A stretch of 64,000 nt of DNA from Giardia intestinalis (taxonomy: Eukaryota), in NCBI GenBank assembly GCA_000002435.2, contig CM018793.1, one strand, 5' to 3'. The notes beneath the pieces were generated by a model that made no database searches, was not told where the DNA came from, and saw nothing but the letters and a program-made list of their open reading frames with translations. The translations under genes and the position numbers were made by a program. Shown in pieces: positions 20,459-31,255 of the stretch; within the stretch, counting starts at the first letter, position 1, and each line of letters starts with the position of its first letter.

Positions 20459-22588
20459 TTAACAGCAGCACTCCAACCTTTGTAGTACTTCGTTCGAGAG
20501 GAGGGAGACTATCTCGTGGCATCCCCATAGCTTGGCCATACAAAGAGCATCTCCTCCCGTACTGTCTCTCAGACTCTTCTCTCTCACGAGGAGCTTTACA
20601 CAGTCAATACTACCAATTTTCATAGCAAACATAAGAGCGGTCCATCCCGTTTTCTCCTTCATGCCAGCTTCCTTGTCTACGAGTAGCCTAACACAATCTA
20701 CGTGACGATTCTGCGCAGCCCACATGAGAGCGGTCATCCCGTCAGTCCTCTGCATACCACCCTCCAGCTCCACAAGTAATTTGACGCAGTCTGTGCGGCC
20801 GAGCTCTGCAGCGCACATGAGAGCGGTCCATCCATTGCCATCTTGCATGCGGCTTTCCTTTTTCATGAGTAGCTTAACACAGTCTGTATAACCACGACCT
20901 GCTGCAGCCATGAGAGCTGTAGTTCCGTTATTATCTTGCATACATATCTCCTTCCTTAGTAAACTCCTGGCGCAGTTCGAGTAGCCATTACCTACTGTGG
21001 CCATAAGAGCCGTTCCTCCATTGTTATCTCTCATACCTCCTTCCCTTTCCAGCAAAAGCTCGAGACAGTCTATGTGACCAGTTCTTGCAGCCCATATGAG
21101 GGCCGTCCACCCGCTATTATCTCTTATGCCCCCTTCCTTCTCCAGTAGCAGCCCCACAAGTTCTGTGTGACCGTGTATCGCTGCTCTCATCAGGGCGGTC
21201 CCTCCGCATATCTTCCATCTGTCCACATGTGTGCATCCCTTCATCTGCATGCCTCCCTGGAGCGGTATGAGGGTCTTCACTGCCTCCACGTCGTTTCTGT
21301 CAACGGCCCTCATGAGGTCGGTGGAGTCGTCCTCTTCGAGATGCTCCTCCTCTGTGTCCTCTATATTGTCTGTCTCGTCTGTCGTATCTATTGCATCTAC
21401 TGTGTCTGTCGTATCTGTCGTATCCGCTGTATCCGTTGCATTCCACGCGTCCCCCATGCCTATCTTCATCCATATCTCCTTTACCTTCTCAAGCGTCTTG
21501 GAGGTCTCACCAAACTGCTCCTTAGGGATATCTGCCCCTGCGGATTTAGCAGCAAGCTCCTTCTCAAGAGATAGGATCTTGTTGTTGGCATCATTCAGAG
21601 CAGCCTCCAAAGATGCGCATCTGTTCCTCAGTGCTTTATCTTTGGCTTCCTGTTCATCAGGAGGGCCGTTGAGCATCTGAAGCAGACGGACAAGCCCTCT
21701 GGCTGTCGGCCTCCTCTCTGGATCCAGCACGAATATCCGCTCCAGAACACTCTTTATGAAGCCGTCGGTGATGCCACTCAGATCGGGCCTCCACCCATCG
21801 ACGAAGACATCCTCTGGTTCTCTGCCCCCCAAGAAGTCCGGCTTCCTCAGGGTGGCGAGCTCGTATGCTATGGCCCCAATGCTCCAGATGTTGGACGCGG
21901 GAGTTATGATACCGCGGAGGAGCGTCTCGGGGGCCATGTATGCGGGGTCGCCGGTCTTCGTAGCCCAGCTCGACATGCCCATGCAGAGTTCGAAATTCGC
22001 AAGAACAATGTGCCTCCTATTTTCTGTGAATAAAATATTGTCAGGCTTGAAGATAACACCAGGAAACAGGCTGCCGTGGACACCATTGATGGGATCATGC
22101 AAGTAGATAAGGCAATTAGCAAGGTCTCTTACAAGGGAAAGTACCAACCTCTTAGGAATAGGCTTATGAGTTTCTCTGTAATTAGTGATCAACTGCTGAA
22201 GGTCTCCGCAGCGGCGGTCCATGATAATAAAAATCGTATTGCGACTCTTAATTATCTTGCCGCAGCTGAGAACATCCGGATAAGAGGTGTTTGGAAGAGC
22301 GACTAGCTTGAGTTTGGCAGCATCTACACTATACTGGTCTGGATCATCAGGCCGGATCTCCTTCGCGGCAAGGTGAGGGTATCCTTTAAGAGAGTAGATA
22401 GTACTGTAGGCATCCTTGCTGAGCACGTCACCCAGGCACCTGCGCAGCTTCTCGGGACTGAACATGGGGACGTCATCTGTATCCACCAGCCCCGCAAAAC
22501 CACTAGCTGACCCCTCAGTAGGACTCCTTAGAGTGCTATGTGCGGCGGATGAGGTAAGGGGGTAAGACCGGCAGTCAACAGCCATCAT
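20459..22588 (-). CDS. NEK-family kinase-like protein with C-terminal ankyrin repeats, probably a catalytically inactive pseudokinase
   Basis: Kinase fold motifs are present (AAKEI, KPDNILF, GDPAYMAPE, SNIWSIGAIAYEL). However, the HRD catalytic loop reads GVIFKPDN and DFG reads NFE. About 9 ankyrin repeats follow (GxTALMxAAxxGHxxCVKLLL). The start is re-anchored to ATGATG at 22588 with an AT-rich leader; the ORF-track start at 22684 is GTG. Confidence 0.75.
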   Translation of the reverse strand: MMAVDCRSYPLTSSAAHSTLRSPTEGSASGFAGLVDTDDVPMFSPEKLRRCLGDVLSKDAYSTIYSLKGYPHLAAKEIRPDDPDQYSVDAAKLKLVALPNTSYPDVLSCGKIIKSRNTIFIIMDRRCGDLQQLITNYRETHKPIPKRLVLSLVRDLANCLIYLHDPINGVHGSLFPGVIFKPDNILFTENRRHIVLANFELCMGMSSWATKTGDPAYMAPETLLRGIITPASNIWSIGAIAYELATLRKPDFLGGREPEDVFVDGWRPDLSGITDGFIKSVLERIFVLDPERRPTARGLVRLLQMLNGPPDEQEAKDKALRNRCASLEAALNDANNKILSLEKELAAKSAGADIPKEQFGETSKTLEKVKEIWMKIGMGDAWNATDTADTTDTTDTVDAIDTTDETDNIEDTEEEHLEEDDSTDLMRAVDRNDVEAVKTLIPLQGGMQMKGCTHVDRWKICGGTALMRAAIHGHTELVGLLLEKEGGIRDNSGWTALIWAARTGHIDCLELLLEREGGMRDNNGGTALMATVGNGYSNCARSLLRKEICMQDNNGTTALMAAAGRGYTDCVKLLMKKESRMQDGNGWTALMCAAELGRTDCVKLLVELEGGMQRTDGMTALMWAAQNRHVDCVRLLVDKEAGMKEKTGWTALMFAMKIGSIDCVKLLVREKSLRDSTGGDALCMAKLWGCHEIVSLLSNEVLQRLECCC

Positions 22589-23182
22589 TACTTTTAATTT
22601 TACAGTACAGTTTACTCTCCGTTTCACTGGGTAAATCTCCCATGCGAGCCAGCGCCGCCCTGGGCAGGTCTCTTGCTTACTCACTAACCGAAATCCAAAT
22701 CCAGACTTCGCAAGTCAAACGTCGTCCACTTCAGCGGGAGAAGAAGCCCAAATGGGGAAGTCGGTGGTCCAACGCCTAGCCCTCTGCGTCCCCAGTAGAC
22801 AACAAACCCGCGGCTGCTCCCACGAGTGAGCCGCTGAGGAAGGCCTGCGGGGACTCGAAGAAAAGAGTCTAGAGAGCATCCAATAGAATGAGCAGGAGGG
22901 CCAGGAGACAGGAACAAGAGAGCTCTAGCATCTTCCTCTAGCGAACCTCCCTGTCATGGAGAAGGGTGTATGGTGGCTGAGTGTGGGGGTTGTAAACCTA
23001 GAGCAATCGCCGGGTCGATGGCTTCAGCATGGCTTTCAGCAAGATGTAGCAGGGAATCCGAACCAGCTGAGCATTGGACCAGGTCCTGGATAGGAGCTAA
23101 GGGCTCCTGTGCACGGCTGGGCTGCTCTCTAGATGGGACAGGGCACGGTGAGCTGGACGGGTGTGATACTATAAGGTATCTA

Positions 23183-23202
23183 TAGTTGTATCGATACAAC
23201 TA
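23183..23202. repeat. 20-bp perfect palindrome tagttgtatcgatacaacta, with a mirror copy at 36670-36689
   Basis: Exact self-reverse-complement centred on ATCGAT. It sits in the ORF-free part of each arm. Confidence 0.85.
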
Positions 23203-26200
23203 GTAGGCCCACACTGGACTCTGAGAAGTACACTGCTAGACAGGCTGGAGAAGCCTGAGGGGCGATAGCACCATCTTGTTATCGCTATGCAGTGCTCTGT
23301 GGGCATGCATTCAAGACATCATCCCCTGGTAGCCGGGGAGGGGACAGAGTCAGGCGGTAGTGAGCATGCCCATCAGAATGCCTCTAGGTACTGACCAGCC
23401 ACTCCCTAGAAGCGCAGATGTCTCGGCTAGGTTGCATCACATCCAGAGCAAAAGAGGAAGCTGTACTGTCCTATTTGTTTCTCAGAACAATGTGCGAATA
23501 GAAGGCGGCCCAGCGACTGATACTCTGCACCGTCCTCTTCATCCACAGCCTGAGCAGCCAGATGCCAGGCTCAATATGAAGACGGAGGCTGCGAAGAGTA
23601 AACTCACCACGGGGCCGATTGTCTGACACCAAAAAATCCGAAAGGACGACAGTAGCTGCTGTCTCCTTGAAGAGTGCATCACACACAGTATCGACCTTGG
23701 TCTCCTAGACGAACACTCTAGAACATTCTACACTAGCCCTGACTTCTGAGGCATTAAACCCTATAACTAGCACAGAGTGAGGCAACAGCATGCAGACGGT
23801 GCGTTATCTTCATAGATGTGTACTACAGCTTCCGACTGCATATGGATGTACCGAGATGGGCAGTTTGACCGGCTTACATTGGCGACTTGTCCGTCACCGT
23901 GTTTGCTGCGATGAGAAGCTGCGTCTGCCCGGCAGACTGAGCATAGATTACAGCAGCTTCTCTGCTGATGCATGTATGGCCATGCGCCGCCCTAGTAGGT
24001 GGCGTAAATACCATAATGCCTAACCTGTCTGTTGTTAGCGGAAAATAGCAGTTAGTCGTGTTAGAGATGCCTCTAAGTAAGCCTCTAGTCTTTGTGCCTA
24101 CTCCTCTACCAATTATAGTGACGACCGTATATTCAGAAAGACTACGGAACTCTCCACCGTCTCTCAAGGAGACTAACGGCTCATGCATGGGCTAGCGACG
24201 GAGGCCCATGAACTACCTACTACGAGCCTAGCTTACTGAGCAGTCTGGATCACAGTGCACTTGATAAGCATCTATGCACTCATTTGGATGCTCACTACTA
24301 ATACTGACAAGACTACAAGGAGGTTTGCTTTTGGTCACACTCCCCTCATAATGCTTAGCCCTTGGCACCACATTTCAACGAAGGAAGATGTTAGGTAGGT
24401 ACGCAAAAGGCTATTTGTGCACGGTGGTTCCTGGAGAGCAAGTTTGCACAAAGACTGTAAAGGCGACTAGCAGATCAGTGAGGTAAGCCTGACGTTATAG
24501 AGACAAGCTGTAGATCCGGATTGCAATGGGGACGCCTGTGGTGTCTCTCTGGCCTTCGAGTGTAGAAAAATCGCGAGGTCTGCAGACAGGTGAAGCTAGT
24601 TTTTGATTTATGCGCTTATAGCAGTGTAATATTTATTGGGACCTGTTTCGTCTGAGGCCGAAGACGTTTATCTTTTCTCCGTATACAAGCAAGGATCTAC
24701 TGTAGAGATATACTGTGCAGGCCAGTACCAATCGACGTGGTTGCTATTAGCAGGTGTCTCACTTGCACCTTCTCATAACGGGTAGCCATCAGCAGCGTCC
24801 TCGGCCCACGTGACATTCTAGATGCATCTCTGCCTTTGACCAAAGATTGACACACGCGTTGTGTAGTTTAGATTGCTCATCAGCCAGAGTGGCGTGGCTA
24901 CCCCTTATCCTCTACTTGTCTATCTCGTACAACCATTGCTGATGGCCTTTCCAGATTAGCATGCAAATGCTCTTATCGGTCCCACAAAGGCATACGTCAT
25001 ACAAATAATCACTACAGTCTAGGGTCCTGTCTACCAAAGAAAAGGCCAACCAGTTTACCACGTAGGCATTCATTGTGCATCTCATATAGTCTGGCAAGTC
25101 TTGTGCTCCCCAACATTCCCTCGCAAGCCCTCAGCTAAAGCCCGTATGCATATCGTTATTGACAAGCGCCTTAGCTTCATCTGGCCACTTAGGGCGTTAG
25201 ACCCTTTGCCTTGTACAATGAGTATACTCGGCGTGGGAGGTATACAATCAGCATCGGCCTTTTCTGCTCGTTGTCCGTATGATACTGTTGTTGCTTCTTG
25301 ATTCAACCAGCAACCTAGTTAATGGCTCAAGAGTAGGTGATAGCCCGCCAACGGGCAGTCAATAGTGGCCATAACGCATACCTTCACCAAGGCACAGCCT
25401 CCCTGAGCAGAGCACAAAAGTGGACCCTGCCATTCTGCGGCCCTACTATTCTCTTGAATAACAGGATCAGAGCAGCTCATGGTTAGTATTAGCTGTCTTC
25501 GGGTCTCCACCTGTCCTTATTGTCTGAGGTATGCTTGACTCCGTAGATTCGAAAGATGCTGTACTGTACTCGTACCTGCAAGCCTCAGCCAAGCAAGGCT
25601 ACCATCTTGAAGGCTTGGCAGTGATGAGCCACACAGTCGGCGGGATCTGCAGAGAGCATTCATCCCAATGAGCCTTTTACTTGTCGTATACAGGTTGTGG
25701 CTGTGACCTCATAGGCGCAGGACTTTCTGGAATAACCGGTCAACTACAGAGTCTGTCCACTCATGTAAAGCCACCTGATAGAGGGCGATATCAATCTCGT
25801 CACTCGTCTACAACATACACCAGTCGAATCTCACAGATGAACAAGGGCCACCCAGCCCGCAGCACTAGACATTAACAGATATCCTTCACGACAAAGGGGG
25901 TGAGCGACTAGTAGACCACAGCAGTCGCCTGCCCATTGAAGATCTTCCAGTCACTGACCTAGGTCAGCTTCCTACAAGATCTTGAGAGCTTTATTAGAGG
26001 TGCATGCTTATAGAATCCCCAACTCAAGGTGCATGCTGTCGGACCCTGCTATTTTTCACATCAGCTCGTAGACATCGGTTCTTTTGATCTCTAGTGGGGT
26101 CACGGGGGATCGCAAGATATGGTTCCCTCAGTAAGGCTTTATCTGACTCCTGTAGCTATATGACAGGAGGATACCGGTCTTCTATGGATTATTTAACGCA

Positions 26201-27357
26201 TGCTAAGGTGCACCAGTACAAGTCCTACAGTGTGGCATGATTCGTGAGTCAAAAGGTAGGATGCTTGGGCTGATTGGCGTGTCTCCTCGGGACCAAATAC
26301 AGCTAGGACCAAAGGTCATGAACGAATGCTATTCGATTCCCTTATCAGCAGATGGGGGTCAACTGCTCTAGTATCCACAAGAGGCTATAGAGGGTACTGG
26401 ACCAGGCATCCGGCCAATTGCTGGCAAATCAACACAACCTCCTTGGATCTCCATTCTTTCCTCACAGGCATCTACATGTAGGAAGCTCTGAGGACCTAGA
26501 GCCCTACACTAACAGGCTCAAGGTATTGCACTCCTAGGTGCTTCCATTAGTGGTGGTAGTGATAGCACCAGGATGATCCAGAAGGGGGATAGAAATCCTG
26601 CCCCGTTAGCTCAAGAAATGGCACAGTTTGAGCAGGGTTTCCTCCTTGTTTAAATTTGGGAGTACTAGCCTACGCCCTCTGACCATCTGACGCCTTATCA
26701 TGCGATGGGGAATCTTAATAGTATCCACTACAAAAAGCCAGAAATAGCACCATGCACACCCAACAAACCAGAGCGTCTCATAGGCTAATCTACACTGATT
26801 CGCACTTCCACGGACCCTAGCGACCACTGTAACCGTCTCTCGGGATCTTGCAAGGGACTGTCCTTGAGCGCGATTCCTCCATGACAACCAGAAGTCGCAG
26901 ACATAGTCCAAAGGGATGAGAATACTATAGAGGCGGAGAAGAGATCATCTGCGCACGGGGGTCCGCAGGGGCCCGACCCGCACAGGGAAGGCGTAAGAGG
27001 CCAATTCCCCAGGAATGCAGAGACATTAAGAGAGGAACCAGCAGTGGGCCCATAACACAGGGAGGTCACCCGGGCCGCCCCCTGATTGGCCACAGGGTAG
27101 AGGAGCAGCATGCGCGCGGGACAGCATTGCTACTTATTTTTGAATTTTCTGTTTCCCTGCATGTTGTGCAGGGGTCCGCGGTGGGTGCTAGACTATAGTT
27201 AGTAGATGCTTTCGGCATTAACAACTATCTCTTGTACAACAATATTATCAAAAAGGGATTTCTTTAAGCTGGCAGCATAGCAATAACCGAATGGAGCTTT
27301 TTAGCTTTGGGTATCTTTGCTAGTAGGATTCTTGATAGTGGATTAAGAAGAATCTCA

Positions 27358-28617
27358 ATGTTGCTGATAGCTTTCTATCTTGGGCTGAGCGCCCTTGCGG
27401 CACAATGTAAGCAAGTACAAAATTGTGCAGCAGGTAAGTGTGAGATGGTTGGCGGCACTGAAATTTGTACAGAATGCGCGACAAATGGAAACGTTCCTAT
27501 CAATGGGGAGTGTACACCAAAAGGTAATGCGGCTGATAAATGCAAGAAAGTTAACGGTAATGAGCTTGTTGACGATAAGACATGTGGAAAATGTGAGAAC
27601 ACATACTTCATGTACAAGGGTGGATGCTATCAACTTGGCAGTGATGTCGCACTCCTCATCTGCAACGATCAAGCTGCTTCACCTGGAGGGCGTAATGCTG
27701 TTGCTGGCGTTTGCACAGAATGTAATGCTACTGGGGGATTCTTCAAAAGCCCAGAGGCGGCCGACACGACAGATTCCTGCATATCGTGCAGTGATACAAC
27801 TGGAGTGCAGGTTAATGGCGGTAACACGTATAAAGGTATCGAGAATTGTGTAGTATGTGCAGCTCCAGAAAGAGGAACAGGTAACGAAAATAAGATTGCT
27901 GCATGTGAGTCATGTCTTGAAGGATTCTTCGTTGCATCTAACAAGGCAGTATGCACACGTTGTACTGATAATGATAATTGCGCTAAGTGTGATGCAGGCG
28001 AAAACAAGTGCACAAAATGTAAGGCAACAGCCAGCAAACCATATCTAAAAAAGGGCGAAACCGAGGACTCTAATACATGTGTTAATAGTAACGAATGTAC
28101 TACTGATAAAACTTACTTCACTGATGATACTGACGACCCTACTCATGGAAAGATGTGCAAGAAATGCTCAGAAGGGATAGCAGACTGTAAGAAATGCGCT
28201 CCATCATCACCTTCTGCTTTAGCTACAGTATCCGCAATTGTGTGCACAGAATGTACAACACAGACCAACAAACCCAATGTTGCCGGAACAGGGTGCTTCA
28301 CATGCTCCGTAGACGGATGTAGTAACTGTAGCGAGAATGACGTATGTGAAAAGTGTGGACCTAACAAGAAGGTGAGCCCCGGGAGGAAGTCATGCGTGGA
28401 TAGCTGTCCCGAGAACTCCATTGACGATAACTCTGTCTGTACATGCAGCAGTGGGTACAGCCCTGACAGCAGTGGGGCCTCCTGTGTGTCCACTGGCAGT
28501 AATAGGAGCGGGCTCTCCACGGGGGCCATAGCGGGGATCTCCGTCGCAGTCATCGTCGTCGTCGGGGGTCTCATAGGGTTCCTCTGCTGGTGGTTCGTGT
28601 GTAGGGGGAAGGCGTGA
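27358..28617 (+). CDS. vsp: Variant-specific surface protein (VSP)
   Basis: Signal peptide MLLIAFYLGLSALAA, many CXXC motifs, a GGCY motif (YKGGCYQ), and a C-terminal TM ending in the invariant CRGKA. The stop is followed by the VSP extended poly(A) signal. The ORF-track start at 27307 is TTG; the first ATG is 27358. Confidence 0.92.
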   Translation: MLLIAFYLGLSALAAQCKQVQNCAAGKCEMVGGTEICTECATNGNVPINGECTPKGNAADKCKKVNGNELVDDKTCGKCENTYFMYKGGCYQLGSDVALLICNDQAASPGGRNAVAGVCTECNATGGFFKSPEAADTTDSCISCSDTTGVQVNGGNTYKGIENCVVCAAPERGTGNENKIAACESCLEGFFVASNKAVCTRCTDNDNCAKCDAGENKCTKCKATASKPYLKKGETEDSNTCVNSNECTTDKTYFTDDTDDPTHGKMCKKCSEGIADCKKCAPSSPSALATVSAIVCTECTTQTNKPNVAGTGCFTCSVDGCSNCSENDVCEKCGPNKKVSPGRKSCVDSCPENSIDDNSVCTCSSGYSPDSSGASCVSTGSNRSGLSTGAIAGISVAVIVVVGGLIGFLCWWFVCRGKA

Positions 28618-28631
28618 CTTAGGTAGTAAAC
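28617..28631 (+). promoter_or_regulatory. VSP-type extended polyadenylation signal ACTTAGGTAGTAAAC, overlapping the TGA stop
   Basis: Exact match to the ACTYAGRTAGTRAAY consensus described for Giardia vsp genes. It contains the general Giardia AGTRAAY poly(A) signal. Confidence 0.8.
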
Positions 28632-29107
28632 ACGTCACTGTATATGGCTTATTACGCTATTCTGCCGGGGCTATCTGAGGATCGCCCAGAGGTCGTGCGA
28701 GTGATCCTCGCTCAAGCTCTGACCAGTCTAAGGACGAGGGTTGGTCATGAATAACATGACGGAGAGCCCTCTCCAGTGACACATCCAGAATCTGGGCATT
28801 CCTCGCCGCTCCATGAGGATATGCTCTGTCTGGATGTCCATGCCGATCTATCTTGGATTCAGGCCTTCTCGCAGGCTCTCTACTCTACCCGTGGCGCCTC
28901 TCCATGGTCTTCCTTCGTGGTGGGTGAAGCTCCGGTCGCTGTTTTTTAGATGCTCCTGTCTGTCAGGGGCTGCCACCGGGCTCTCCGCTGGCTGGGCCCT
29001 CGGTGTCCGTCCGGCTGTGGCCCGGGCAGCGCTCTACGGTCGCGGTCACTTGGGTCTCAGTGGGTTCGGATGGTGGGGAGGCGAGGGGAGTTAGGGCGGT
29101 GAGGCCG

Positions 29108-29134
29108 GAGGGGCTGGAGGGGCTGGAGGGGCTG
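29108..29134. repeat. (GGAGGGGCT)x3 G-run triplet repeat at the inner edge of the left arm; its mirror lies at 30738-30764
   Basis: Read directly: ggaggggctggaggggctggaggggct followed by gagg. Confidence 0.8.
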
Positions 29135-29150
29135 AGGTTGGTGGTGGTTG

Positions 29151-30719
29151 TATGCGCCTCTGGTCCCTCGATAGACTGGGGTGATCGCAGCTGTGGTGAC
29201 TGGGGGCTGTCCATCTGTGACTCACCCCTCTGTGTGCTCGTGGTCTGTGAGTGCCTCCACCCAGACAACCCTCAGGAGCCGTGCACACCAGGACAGAGAG
29301 GGTGACAGAGGAGAGTCAAGCAGCCCTGCCACGAGGGTGCACAGCAGCCAGCCTGGGCTGCAGGGCCCGCTCGAGCGATGGTAGTGACAGACGACTCCCT
29401 CTGACAGCAGCCCTGGTGACTGGCACTGGTCTGCTTTCGAGGCTGAGTGACAGTGTGCACAGATGGACATGAGTGCAGGAGGACCATCCACACACGGACA
29501 GACTGTGCCCCCATACGAGAGCGCCAGGCAACCACCCGAGCACCCGAGAGGCAGCAACAGACACGGGCACTAGAGATCCCCAGCCAGACAGCTGCCATGC
29601 TCATCCATAGGGGCATCAGAGGACCAGGGGAGTCACCCTCACAATCAGGGTATGATAGGAAGCCAGAGGACTCAAACACTACAGCATAGCAGATCCAAGG
29701 GAGGCACACTCCAGCAGGCGAGCAGTGGCAGAGCCCTGATAGCTGCCAGCCCCCCATGACACCCAGGCAGGCACCAGGCTCACCGAAGGCTCTGCTGGCC
29801 TCCACCGATGATCCGAGGGGGCAGCAACCAGAGGAGTGGGGAGGCCTTCGGACACCACAAGAGGCCCGGCTGTCCAGCAGGCGATGGAGCACAGGTGGCC
29901 TCTGAGCACCATACAGGCACAGAGCCGACCATCAGAGTGATGCCCGATCAGAGACGACCACGAGCACCCTCCACCGCACTCTGAGGGGCTGTCGATCATC
30001 CCACTGCCTCTCATAGCAGACCTCCTTGAGAGCAGTGCAGTGGGTCCCAGCTCATGCACGCCTCCCCTGGCATAGGACACCCCGGCTCTCCCCGAGGGGT
30101 CATCAGAGCCACGAGAGGTGTCAAGGTCCTGGTAGATCACACCGGGAACTCCCCGAGGGCACAGCAACTGAGATATGAGTGACCCTCAGTGTGCTCCTCT
30201 CTGATGGTAGAGCATCTTGAGACCAAGGGGGTCACCTCTGCCTACGGACGACACACAGCACTCCACAACAAGGACCCACTAGGAGCAGCACAGCTGACCA
30301 CGGGGACAGTGCAGTCACCAGTGCCCCACCGTGCCAGTTTTCTGGGCCATCATACTATAGGCATGAGAGAACCCCATCCCATCCACAGGGTCATCCATGC
30401 CCCTGCTGGCCCGAGGTGAACTCCCCGTCGAGGCGCTGGACAGGGCATGCCAGGGGCTCAGCAGACCCACAGAGAGAATCAGCGAGTAGCAGGAGGGGCT
30501 GCGATGGCCTGCCTCAGCCCTCACGTACCAGCCAGACAGAGAGACAGTACTGCCTGAGGCATGCAGGGGCCAAGGGAGGCGATCAGTCAGGGGACACGAC
30601 ACGATCGTCGGTGCCTGTGTCTCGGGAGTGCAACGAAGGCTGGAGATCAGACACAGCCACCTTAGCAAACAGAGTGGGGACAACCCACCACCCCAATAGC
30701 CCACCGAACCCAGAGGCAC
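29151..30719. other. Unique central spacer between the inverted-repeat arms. It is GC-rich and markedly T-poor on the top strand.
   Basis: It has no mirror partner. By eye thymine is clearly under-represented on the top strand. The several overlapping long ORFs on the minus strand are compositional artefacts, because an A-poor strand contains few stop codons. Confidence 0.7.
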
Positions 30720-31240
30720 ATACAACACCACCAACCTCAGCCCCTCCAGCCCCTCCAGCCCCTCCGGCCTCACCGCCCTAACTCCCCTCGCCTCCCCACC
30801 ATCCGAACCCACTGAGACCCAAGTGACCGCGACCGTAGAGCGCTGCCCGGGCCACAGCCGGACGGACACCGAGGGCCCAGCCAGCGGAGAGCCCGGTGGC
30901 AGCCCCTGACAGACAGGAGCATCTAAAAAACAGCGACCGGAGCTTCACCCACCACGAAGGAAGACCATGGAGAGGCGCCACGGGTAGAGTAGAGAGCCTG
31001 CGAGAAGGCCTGAATCCAAGATAGATCGGCATGGACATCCAGACAGAGCATATCCTCATGGAGCGGCGAGGAATGCCCAGATTCTGGATGTGTCACTGGA
31101 GAGGGCTCTCCGTCATGTTATTCATGACCAACCCTCGTCCTTAGACTGGTCAGAGCTTGAGCGAGGATCACTCGCACGACCTCTGGGCGATCCTCAGATA
31201 GCCCCGGCAGAATAGCGTAATAAGCCATATACAGTGACGT

Positions 31241-31255
31241 GTTTACTACCTAAGT
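31241..31255 (-). promoter_or_regulatory. Mirror copy of the VSP extended polyadenylation signal
   Basis: Reverse complement of 28617-28631, lying inside the right arm. Confidence 0.8.

Larger units (their letters stand above)
22633..29150. repeat. Left arm of a large perfect inverted repeat, about 6.5 kb
   Basis: Every ORF in 22684-29140 has an identical mirror partner at coordinate 59872 minus x. Three 60-bp spot checks of raw sequence were 100% identical as reverse complement. The outer boundary lies at 22633 and the inner boundary decays around 29150. Confidence 0.9.

Noticed and set aside
21167-22306. Plus-strand ORFs (135, 149, 116 and 76 aa) inside the NEK-ankyrin gene, including a Cys/Arg/Ile-repeat peptide
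   Set aside because: They are antisense reading of the DT-repeat and ankyrin coding sequence and are repeat-driven artefacts.
26930-27120. GC-rich island with an ATTGG (inverted CCAAT) element about 250 bp upstream of each VSP start
   Set aside because: Giardia promoters are short AT-rich initiators adjacent to the ATG, and a CCAAT box is not an established element there. The island could simply be local composition.
29222-30869. Several overlapping ORFs of 160-206 aa on the minus strand of the spacer and inner arms (e.g. 29272-29892, 29679-30167, 30315-30869), plus mirror-identical small ORFs throughout the arms
   Set aside because: The top strand is T-poor, so the minus strand is A-poor and stop codons are rare there. 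The ORFs overlap one another in different frames, and the peptides are random-looking and Pro/Gly/Ser/Cys/Trp-rich. They are compositional artefacts.
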